Origin: Ruminococcus sp.
GTDB lineage: Bacteria > Bacillota > Clostridia > Oscillospirales > Ruminococcaceae
NCBI GenBank assembly: GCA_017475555.1
Contig: JAFVFL010000046.1
Coordinates: 138,676-170,675, forward strand
DNA: 32,000 nucleotides
Direction: 5' to 3'
The position numbers and the translations under genes were made by a program. Shown here piece by piece: positions 16,166 through 24,600 of this stretch. The first letter of the stretch is position 1, and every line of letters starts with the position of its first letter. The notes beneath the pieces were generated by a model. It saw nothing but the letters and a program-made list of their open reading frames with translations, was not told where the DNA came from and did no database searches.

Positions 16166-17977
16166 TTAATCCTCCTCGTCCGTGGTCGATAACGCTCCAA
16201 ATAGCTCGTCAAATTTTCTTTCTAATTCTCGTCTTATTTTATCTGCCGGATCAGTTTCGTACTGCTTTTTTGTTGATGATAACAGGCTTTTGAATTCTGC
16301 AAGAGCCTCATCTCCGTCAGGGAGAAGGCTGATTGCTGAGATAACTGCATCATCGTTCAATTCTTCCGAAAACTGTATGGCTTCCTTCAATTCGGATTCT
16401 GTGCAGTCTTTTTCTTTCATTTTGTAATTATAAGCTAATATCTGCTCTAAGTATTCAGTGCCGATCTCAAGGTCATCTGAGTCATCCTCGCTTGCACGTA
16501 GAAATGGACAGCGGCGTTGACCACGCTTGATCTCGTTGTAGATGTTCACAAAATCCAACATGGAGAAATTCCTGAACTTCTTCTCCGGCTGTTCTGCGAA
16601 AATATCCGTTTTGAACATTTCATAGCTGTCAATATCCTGCAATCGTGCCATAAATGGGTAATTTCTTCCGGATAATACCAGAGCCTCTACATAGCCCCAC
16701 TCCTTTTTTAAACGCTGTAGTTCAGGAACTGATATCAAAGGCATACACCCGCTCGCAGTGTTTTTACTGCCGCATAGCTGAGAGATCTCATTCAGCAAAG
16801 GCAATTCCTTGCTGTTCAGAAAGATCCAATCGTTGCAGTTTGCCTTGATAATTGATGCACCTGTAGCTCCATATTTATTCTCCAACTGCAAGAGACTTTG
16901 TGCGATAAGGATATATCTGATATTTCTGCTTCTGGCGGCAGCGATCGCATTGCAAAAGCTGGAGATCTCTGGTATATTTCCAAATTCATCAAGAACAAAG
17001 TTTACACGAAGAGGAAGCCGGAGATCGTCTTCTTTCTGTGCTTCATGAATCAATGATTCATATAGCTGCTTGAGAAATGTGGTAACAAGGAAATAATACG
17101 TATTCTTTTCGTCCGAAAGGATAAGATATACTATGCTCTTTTTTCTGCCAACACTATTCAGATCAAAGGTGGTTTCTCCCATCATTTTCTGGAGACGCTT
17201 ATTGCAGAAGAATTGCTGAACCATCGCAGTAAGGCTTGACTGGGTGGATCTGCGGGTCCTTTCGGGTTCACCGAATATACAACGATAGCTCATACCAGCT
17301 ATGGTGGATTGATCCATCATTTGACTAAGCTCCTCAAGCTTTTCAAAATTCTGCTCAAATGAAAGAGTCGTAAAGCTTGAGATATTTGCTTCTTTACGAT
17401 CGGCTACCTTCATCAGGAACAGCATATTCGCAACGCCAAATGTTTGTGCCGTCTGCCACCAAAACGGATCTACTCCACGGGCATTTTTCTGAGAAGCACT
17501 GATCGATTCAATAAAGTCGTTGATCATCTCGATCGCTTCATCCTTCCGCCCGTTGTGATATGCGTCCCAGATCGGGGTCAGCGGATTATAGCCCTCACCA
17601 TAGCTGAAGTCACGGAAGTTCAGAACAAGGACCTCGTATCCCATTTTTTTTGCTGCGTCAGCTGTATGAGCATAGATCTCACCTTTGGGATCTGTGCAGA
17701 CTACGGATTCTCCGGTACGCAGAGCCATATTAACAAACGGAAAGACACAGGTCCTTGTTTTTTTGGAGCCTGTCGATCCGAAAATCAATGTATGGTCATC
17801 CCCATTGTTGACATACACTGTGTCGCCGTCACGGTAAAGCGGGATACCACAGGCAGGGTAACTTTCCTGTGTAAGGTCTACAGCAGTATTGCTCATGCAA
17901 ATATCATCTGCTGATGCCCAATGGCTCTCCGACTGAGGCGGCAGAAATTTCCGATATTTATAGGCGTACTGTTGCAT
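16166..17977 (-). CDS. VirD4/TraG/TraD-like type IV coupling protein ATPase homolog, soluble (no TM segment), with an acidic C-terminal tail
   Basis: P-loop HTLIFGSTGSKKTRT, then VVCTDPKGE. The Walker B/TraG-D_C block is NFVLDEFGNIPE...AAARSRNIRYILIAQSLLQLENKYG...NCNDWIFL. The start is either ATG 17977 (AAAGGAGAG 6 nt upstream, 1 nt after the upstream TGA) or ATG 17998. Confidence 0.8.
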   Translation of the reverse strand: MQQYAYKYRKFLPPQSESHWASADDICMSNTAVDLTQESYPACGIPLYRDGDTVYVNNGDDHTLIFGSTGSKKTRTCVFPFVNMALRTGESVVCTDPKGEIYAHTADAAKKMGYEVLVLNFRDFSYGEGYNPLTPIWDAYHNGRKDEAIEMINDFIESISASQKNARGVDPFWWQTAQTFGVANMLFLMKVADRKEANISSFTTLSFEQNFEKLEELSQMMDQSTIAGMSYRCIFGEPERTRRSTQSSLTAMVQQFFCNKRLQKMMGETTFDLNSVGRKKSIVYLILSDEKNTYYFLVTTFLKQLYESLIHEAQKEDDLRLPLRVNFVLDEFGNIPEISSFCNAIAAARSRNIRYILIAQSLLQLENKYGATGASIIKANCNDWIFLNSKELPLLNEISQLCGSKNTASGCMPLISVPELQRLKKEWGYVEALVLSGRNYPFMARLQDIDSYEMFKTDIFAEQPEKKFRNFSMLDFVNIYNEIKRGQRRCPFLRASEDDSDDLEIGTEYLEQILAYNYKMKEKDCTESELKEAIQFSEELNDDAVISAISLLPDGDEALAEFKSLLSSTKKQYETDPADKIRRELERKFDELFGALSTTDEED

Positions 17978-17978
17978 A

Positions 17979-18473
17979 TCACTCTCTCCTTTCGTCATCA
18001 GGAATCATATCATCCCGTGCTATGTAATGTACTTCAAAATACTCCTCCAGCTTTTCCTTCATTGCGGTATAACGACATTCGCAAGGAACAGTAAACACAT
18101 AACGGATATGCTTTTGGTGGTCATACAAATACGCCAGAAAAGCATCAAGATATTCTGACGGTTCACTGCCGACCCACTGAGAAAGGTTGATAACTGATAC
18201 ACCTTTGAATGCTCCCTGCGTTCCTGTGTGCTCGTCAAGCTCCCATATATAGCGACTTAGTTCTTCAAAGTGTTCCGGCGGTTCACAATAACGCAGACTG
18301 AATATAAACGGATCAGATTTAGAATCTACACAGCTTCCGACAAGTGATGATAATGTTTGGAATTGCATTGCTTCGTGTAATTCCAGCAGCAGGACACCGG
18401 ACGCCCATGACTTGAGCGTAGTGTTTTCCGCATGGATACAGGCAGATATGGGTTCATTAAGATTCATCGCCAT
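17979..18473 (-). CDS. Hypothetical 164-aa cytoplasmic protein, first gene of the T4CP-like/ClpP operon
   Basis: ATG 18473 has AAAGGAGAG 7 nt upstream. No TM segment and no motif I recognise. The stop is coupled to the next gene's start. Confidence 0.6.
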   Translation of the reverse strand: MAMNLNEPISACIHAENTTLKSWASGVLLLELHEAMQFQTLSSLVGSCVDSKSDPFIFSLRYCEPPEHFEELSRYIWELDEHTGTQGAFKGVSVINLSQWVGSEPSEYLDAFLAYLYDHQKHIRYVFTVPCECRYTAMKEKLEEYFEVHYIARDDMIPDDERRE

Positions 18474-18521
18474 ATATAGCTCTCCTTTGCATTAGTTTTA
18501 CGGTGGATCACCTTGAAAGAT

Positions 18522-18550
18522 TATAATAACAGACCTGTAAATAAAAGTCA
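18522..18550 (-). promoter_or_regulatory. sigma70-type promoter for the three-gene operon
   Basis: Minus strand reads TTGACT (18550..18545), a 17-nt spacer, then TATTAT (18527..18522). An overlapping TATAAT lies 3 nt further on. Confidence 0.45.
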
Positions 18551-18700
18551 AGAAGTAAAATGAAAATTTCATAAGATTATCACATTCCAAATGAGATTAT
18601 TAAAAAATCAGGGCTATGCCTCCTGTACACACGGTCACTGAGGACACAGCTCTGTTTTTCGCAAGGCTATTCAATTAGTTTTAATCTTCTTTCAGCCCCT

Positions 18701-19621
18701 TCAGAAACAGCTCTGCATCAGTTTTTGTCTGATATATCGAATGACCTGCTGCTCTCCCCGTTTCCCCTCCGGCGTAAATGTAAACACCGGGTAAGCATGA
18801 AAGGTGTCCGGTTCGATGTGTATTTTGTAGTCTTTCACGTTGCAGCGTTTGAAGGCTGCCTCATAATCAGGTGCATCGCCGGACATCATCTCATCGCCGC
18901 CAAAGCCGAGCAGTATCGGCGGAAAGCCTGTATAATTGTCCTCCGCTGCACATCCGGCGATATGCTTTGGAATTGTACTGTCCGGGTCGTAGAACTCTCT
19001 GAATTGCTTCTGAAGCTCACCGCCCATGACAACATCACGGCCTTTGAGCAGATTCATCCGCTCCAGACTTTCCTGCGACGTGTACAGATTAAATACCGAA
19101 AAAGCAACGATCACTCCCGGCATAGGCAGCTCATAATCTTCATGAACAATATGCCTGCCAAGTCCCATCACCAAAACAGCCCCCGCTGAGTAACCAAGCC
19201 ATGCGATTTGTTTGGGTGAGTAACGCTCAAGCATTTTTTGGTGCAGCACATAACCGAATCTGACACCGTCATTCATATCGTGTTCAAGATAAATCGGATA
19301 CAGCGGTATCCATAGATCACAGCCGGTCTGATCAATATAATTCTGTATGCTTTTGGAATTAGGCAGCTGATACCGGATATATCCGCCGCCGGCATAATAA
19401 ACGATCGCTATTTTATGCTCGCTGCCTTGTTTTGCGTAGATAATACAGCGGTAGCCGCCGATCATCTGCTCCTGTTTTTCATAGCCCTTGATGTCCGGCA
19501 GCTTGTATTGCCGCTTTTGTACCTTCTTAGCCTGTCGGATAAAATCTTCCCTTGTCATCGTTTGCTTTTTTGCTGCCGCAATACGAAGAATCGGTTTTAG
19601 TACACTGTATATAAAGCTCAT
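18701..19621 (-). CDS. Alpha/beta hydrolase fold-3 (HSL-type esterase/lipase-like)
   Basis: Oxyanion-type YYAGGGY, nucleophile elbow GYSAGA, C-terminal GGDEMM and FHAYP. ATG 19621 (AGGGGTG upstream) is preferred over the listed GTG 19630. Confidence 0.7.
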   Translation of the reverse strand: MSFIYSVLKPILRIAAAKKQTMTREDFIRQAKKVQKRQYKLPDIKGYEKQEQMIGGYRCIIYAKQGSEHKIAIVYYAGGGYIRYQLPNSKSIQNYIDQTGCDLWIPLYPIYLEHDMNDGVRFGYVLHQKMLERYSPKQIAWLGYSAGAVLVMGLGRHIVHEDYELPMPGVIVAFSVFNLYTSQESLERMNLLKGRDVVMGGELQKQFREFYDPDSTIPKHIAGCAAEDNYTGFPPILLGFGGDEMMSGDAPDYEAAFKRCNVKDYKIHIEPDTFHAYPVFTFTPEGKRGEQQVIRYIRQKLMQSCF

Positions 19622-20061
19622 TTGTAACACCCCTGTTTTTCAAGCAGCTTTCGTTTTATTCTGCGTTTTGTAATTTCACGGTCGCCCCGCCGCTTTTCGG
19701 ATAAACAATTATCCCGCCATACCCCAGCCCGGCAAATGAATACTCGTCAGCTTCCTATCCACAGGAACAGTGCCGCCGTCAGCATACACAGAAACGGATA
19801 AGTGACGATCCTGACGATCTGATTCTTGTTGTTGAAGCTCCTGTCATGCCAGCCAGTGCAGTCCTTTGTCTCCGGAAAAATACGCTGAAAGAATCCCGAT
19901 GTCATCACAAGCCACTGATCCTGCACGACAATATCGAAAAGCTTAACATGGTTAGCACCCACAAACTATATTTCTATTATAGCACATGATACCTCAAATT
20001 GCAAGATTCTGATTGATGAAAAGTTCTCGCCAAATAATTTGTGAAGTGTGCAGACGGAGGG

Positions 20062-20090
20062 TTGCAATTCAGCGAAAGTTGTGATATAAT
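20062..20090 (+). promoter_or_regulatory. Near-consensus sigma70 promoter abutting the truncated ABC gene
   Basis: TTGCAA (20062..20067), a 17-nt spacer, then TGaTATAAT (-10 at 20085..20090). Confidence 0.45.
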
Positions 20091-20122
20091 AATTTTAGTT
20101 AGCAACAGCAAACTGTAATCGT

Positions 20123-21054
20123 GTGGATTCCGACGGTGCCGCAAAAGCACAGGATACGATGGTTTCGAGAATACTGGAATATGTGCGGGGCATTGCAGAG
20201 GTCAGAAATTTCGATCTGTTCGGCAAAAGTATCACGAATGTCGATGCTGCAATCGACGATTTCATAACATACAGTACGCATATGGAGACACATATGAGAT
20301 CGCAATGTTCCTGTTGAGCACTTTGAATAAGCTCTCCGGCGTGGTGATGATGCTGATGAGCATTGCATTTTATCTGAACGGTTCGATGAGCCTTGTTTAT
20401 GCGGTTATGATGATTATATGCTCATTTATGATTTTCGAGTCGCTCGACCAGGTCGGTGCATTCAACGGACTGATCAGAACGATCGAAAACTGTGTGGATA
20501 AGGCGAATGAGGCACTTTCCTCCCCTACAATGGATATTGACGGCAAGGAGATCACGCCGGAAAGCATGACCTTGACGGTGAGAAATGTTGATTTTTCCTA
20601 TGATACAAAGAAGATCATCGACGGCGTTTCGTTTGAGATTCCGGAGCGTACAACAATCGCATTTGTCGGGCCCTCCGGCGGAGGAAAGACGACTATCACA
20701 CAGCTTCTTGCTCGGTTCTGGGACGTGGACAGCGGACAGATTTTGCTCGGCGGAACTGACATTCGGGAGTACAGCTATGACAGCATTCTGGACGAGGCGA
20801 CGGCGAATGTTGACCCGGAAAATGAAAATCTGCTGATGAAAGCAGTCGAATCACTCACAAAGAAAAAGACGGTCATTATGATCGCACACCGGCTGAAAAC
20901 AGTCGAAACTGCAGACCAAATCTTTGTGATCGACCGCGGAAAGATCGTGCAGTGCGGAAAGCATGACGAGCTGATGAAGGAGGACGGAATCTACAGACGC
21001 TTCATCGGCGAGAGAAAGGAAGCCGCAGGCTGGAAGATCGGCAGCCGTGACTGA
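20123..21054 (+). pseudogene. ABC exporter (CydC/CydD-like) remnant: 5'-truncated, frameshifted, with an in-frame deletion of the Q-loop-to-signature region of the NBD
   Basis: Frame 1 (20123..20317) reads AKAQDTMVSRILEYVRGIAEVRNFDLFGKS, a late TMD segment. It switches frame near 20300 to ...VRNVDFSYDTKKIIDGVSFEIPERTTIAFVGPSGGGKTTITQLLARFWDVDSGQILLGGTDIREYSYDSI-LDEATANVD.... Only 31 aa separate Walker A from Walker B, and no LSGGQ is present. Confidence 0.8.
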
Positions 21055-21192
21055 AATTATATAACAATTATAGCCGTCTGTTTTGCAGCAGCTTGCACGG
21101 TAAATCTCCAATCAGATGTACATATCTAATTGGCTTCGCCGCAAATTTTGCCAATAACTCTTTGCGATAGTATACATTATATTCATAAAAAT

Positions 21193-21222
21193 AGTCACAA
21201 GATCTTTTCTGATCCTGTGACT
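21193..21222. terminator. Bidirectional hairpin terminator
   Basis: agtcacaagatc ttttct gatcctgtgact forms a 12-bp stem with 1 mismatch. It is followed by attttgctttt on the + strand and atttttat on the - strand. Confidence 0.55.
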
Positions 21223-21235
21223 ATTTTGCTTTTCA

Positions 21236-21337
21236 TTAACCGCACCAATAATCCATTGAACGATAAACTTCTCCAATCATATCCCAAATTTCTTTAGGTG
21301 CTGAATAGTGAACATTCAAACAAATATCATGTCGCAT
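21236..21337 (-). CDS. Small ORF (33 aa) with its own promoter, RBS and terminator
   Basis: Below the ORF-track size cut-off. Manual translation gives MRHDICLNVHYSAPKEIWDMIGEVYRSMDYWCG*. GGAG lies about 10 nt upstream of ATG 21337. Confidence 0.35.
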   Translation of the reverse strand: MRHDICLNVHYSAPKEIWDMIGEVYRSMDYWCG

Positions 21338-21382
21338 AGAATATCAACTCCATTGTATTGTTATTGCCTCGATATTATCATA

Positions 21383-21411
21383 ATTATACCACGCCACCCC
21401 CGAAAAAGCAA
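21383..21411 (-). promoter_or_regulatory. sigma70 promoter upstream of the 33-aa ORF
   Basis: Minus strand reads TTGCTT (21411..21406), a 17-nt spacer, then TGgTATAAT (-10 at 21388..21383). Confidence 0.45.
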
Positions 21412-21487
21412 TACCCATTTTCATAAAACTGCCGCCCAAACTGCACAATAACTGCACTGAAGCTTATTACATTCATAGAGTGCCGTC

Positions 21488-21525
21488 AAAAAGAAATACC
21501 GCACCCTTTTTCCAGAGTGCGGTAT
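21488..21525 (-). terminator. Rho-independent terminator about 170 nt downstream of the CotH-family gene
   Basis: ataccgcac / gtgcggtat forms a 9-bp stem (21496..21525). On the minus strand it is followed by ttcttttt. Confidence 0.55.
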
Positions 21526-21696
21526 CTGATTTGCCACATTTTTACTCTCTGAACGTGCAGATAGAGAGATTTGCAAAAATGCGGATACTTAGTAAAACGG
21601 GGAGTTTGCAATGTAAAAGCAGACAGATCACACACCCGGCTCCATTAGTCTCCGGTTATCCCAGAGCTATGGTAATATGCGAGTTGGTACGCTCAT

Positions 21697-24600
21697 CTAT
21701 CCATTGAGGTTCGACAGACTGATATCTTCAAAGTGATATGTACCCGAACGCAGTCCGGTACAGATTATCAGGCTTATATTAGTACAATCCTCCGGCATAG
21801 TGAATGTAAAAGTATGAGTCTGAGGTGTGATAGATGAAGTATAGATCATGTGTTCATAGGTGTTGAATTTATCTGTTGTTCCCTGTACGCCGATACTGCA
21901 TGGCAATGAATCAGCGTCCGTGGAAAGTGTGAACTGTATTTGATATGTCTTTCCCGCCTTTAATGAAAGCCCTGAATAATACGCCTGTATCTGCCATATC
22001 TTTGGAGCTGTATCTGATGTGATGAGCGTAACATCATCAGCAGCGTTAGTTTTCATATCAAAATTTACACCTAAATCGCCCTTGCTCCAGCGGTTCTGAT
22101 CTGTAATGAGTTCGACAGCAGCGGCAGTATTTATAAGCTGCCCTCTCATCATCACGAGGTCAAATGCGTCAATACTGTTGTCCTTGCAAAGATCGCCTGC
22201 CTGCCAATCAGCAAGCTCTGCTTCCGGGACACCAAGCAGCCATTTCTGCATTAAAACAACATCAGCAATGCTGAATCTGCCGTCAGCATTGACATCTCCA
22301 GTCGGAACATAAGCACCGAAATTCGCTGTCAACTCCATGTCTGATTCTACAGTAAAGGTGACCTCAGTCTCCTTGCTGCCAAATCTTCCGCTCCAGCCTA
22401 TGAACGACTCACCATTTTCCGGAGCTGCACTGACAGTGATCGCTGTACCGGCAGGATACTTACATACAAGACCGTCCGAAAGCTCTCCTGCTGGGATACC
22501 ATTTACAAGAATGCTGCCGCTTCCGCTGGTGTTAAGTGTTACGGAATAAAGCTCTTTATTCAAGCCGCAGTAGCTCATCATCTGTGTGATAGCATAGTCC
22601 GGACGTTTCTGGAAGAACTGTGTGATCTCATCGAACATCGTTCTGAGATATGCTTTTTCATCATCACGAACAGAGGCTGTTGGTTTTGCTGCCGAATTCC
22701 AGCGAAGCTCACTGTCTGTAAAATATTCAAAATATGTATCTGTCAGCCCGGTGATCTGAGCAGCCATTTTATCCGGTGCATAGACAACATTAGCATAGTC
22801 GCAGAAACGGCTTGCAAATTTATCCTTGAATGCAGGATTATCAAGCAGACGGATGAAGGCAGCCGCAGTATAAGTTGAGGAATTGCCCAGTTTACTGAAC
22901 ATATTATAGCTGTAGGAGCTGACTGCACCGGAATAATCAAGGCCACAGGTGAATTCGAAATCATATGTGCCAAAACGCCATTTACCGTCTGAATAGGGAT
23001 TGCCCTCGATTTCGGCTCCGTTGGAACGCCATACGATATAGTTGTGATTTGGCCAGTCCCACATTCCTGTGTAAAGACAAACAGCAAAGTGTTCGATCAT
23101 GCTGTCAACGTCAAGCTGCTGTGTCACCGCTTTATAATTTGCGGCATCGGACATATCATTGTCCCTTATAAAATTTATGAGATCGTTATATGCTTTAAGA
23201 TCATCAGCTGTTCCTTCTTCAAGAGCATTGTCCTTTATCATAGCGACATCTTCTTTGGCTATGCCGTAGTTGCTCTGGATATAGAAATCAGAGATCTTTT
23301 CCTGTATCTCATATAACCCCCAGTATTCGCCGTTCAGGAAGACAACAGCTTTGTCCCTGTCGATCGTTGCCATGTTATCAATGTCCTTCAGGGGAGTCTG
23401 TACGATCTGATCCCGCCAGCGGTTTATCCAGCTTACAGCACGCAGCGAGAATGAGTCATATTTCTTTATCTGCTTTCCGTCATCAACGGCTTTGTTGTCT
23501 GAGATAAGGTTGAAGTTCAGTTTAGAGTCACCGTATTCACTTCTTGCATAGACATTAAAGCTCTTCATTGCAGCATTGCGAGTAGACGCACCCTTTATGC
23601 GTATTCCCATATCCTGAGAAAGAGTCATCTCACCGTTCTGGAAAAGGCTCATGGTTGCCTCACGCTCCCACGATCTGCCTTTGCTGAAAAAGTTGGCAGC
23701 ATTATTTGTGTCCCATTCACTCTTGTCAGGATCATAGCTGCTGCTGTTTTTCCAGTCTATGAACTGCTGACCGACAACATAGATCCCTGTATCCTTATTG
23801 AATAGGTTTTCTCCGTCCGTAACAAGTGAAACGACCGGTATTTCCCGATAATATGCCAGCCGTTCACTGTCCATAACAAAATATGTATTGGTGATTATTT
23901 CGCTCCATACATCGCCGTCCTTAGCTGCGGCACGTATCACATTTGCCTTTTCAACAGGATAATCCGGTGCTTCATATTTCGTCTTTATGATTATAGAATA
24001 TGGACTGCTATCTTCGTATTCATAATTGTTCCAGATATTTTCATCTTCGGAGCGATCATGTAAGGTCAGAGTACCGTCATAAAGGACGGCACTGGCAGAC
24101 ATTGTAGGATCGCTGCCGTCAGTCGTATAGTAAATATCTGAAGAAGCATTAAGTGAAAGAAGTGGAGTATCCGCAGAATCATAAAATCCGGAGGGCAGTG
24201 AAAACTGTGGAGCGGCAACAGAAAAGACGTTTATCGCACCTGGTGTAGGAGCCATTTCAGACCATTCATCGGAGCCCGGCAGTAAACCGTAGGTACGATC
24301 CTCTGCAAGTGCAGGAATGGTAAGCGTCTGTACTGTTTTGCCGGAGCTGTCGCATAATGTCAGCGAATCGCCGTTTTTGCTCAGTCCGAAGCCGGTGTGG
24401 TATTCTGTCCCGGTCGAAGCCGCTTTGCTTGCAAAAACTATCAAATATTCTCCTGCACCAATTGAAGCCCCGGCGGGGAATGTCCAGCTTGTACCAGAAT
24501 CTGCAAGCGTCCAGCCGTTCAGAGCTATTAACGAATCTGAGCCGTTATACAACTCTATCCAGTCTGAGGCACTGCCGTAGCTGTCCAGATGTGAAGCCTT

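Noticed and set aside
16166-17998. T4CP gene as evidence that the region is an integrative conjugative element
   Set aside because: No relaxase, VirB4/TcpF-type ATPase, integrase, oriT-like repeat or other transfer gene is seen within the window. The protein lacks the membrane anchor needed at a secretion channel. An ICE context cannot be fully excluded without wider sequence.
21480-21707. 75-aa plus-strand ORF in the CotH downstream region
   Set aside because: It has no RBS. It spans the minus-strand terminator hairpin and overlaps the CotH stop, and its composition is not protein-like.
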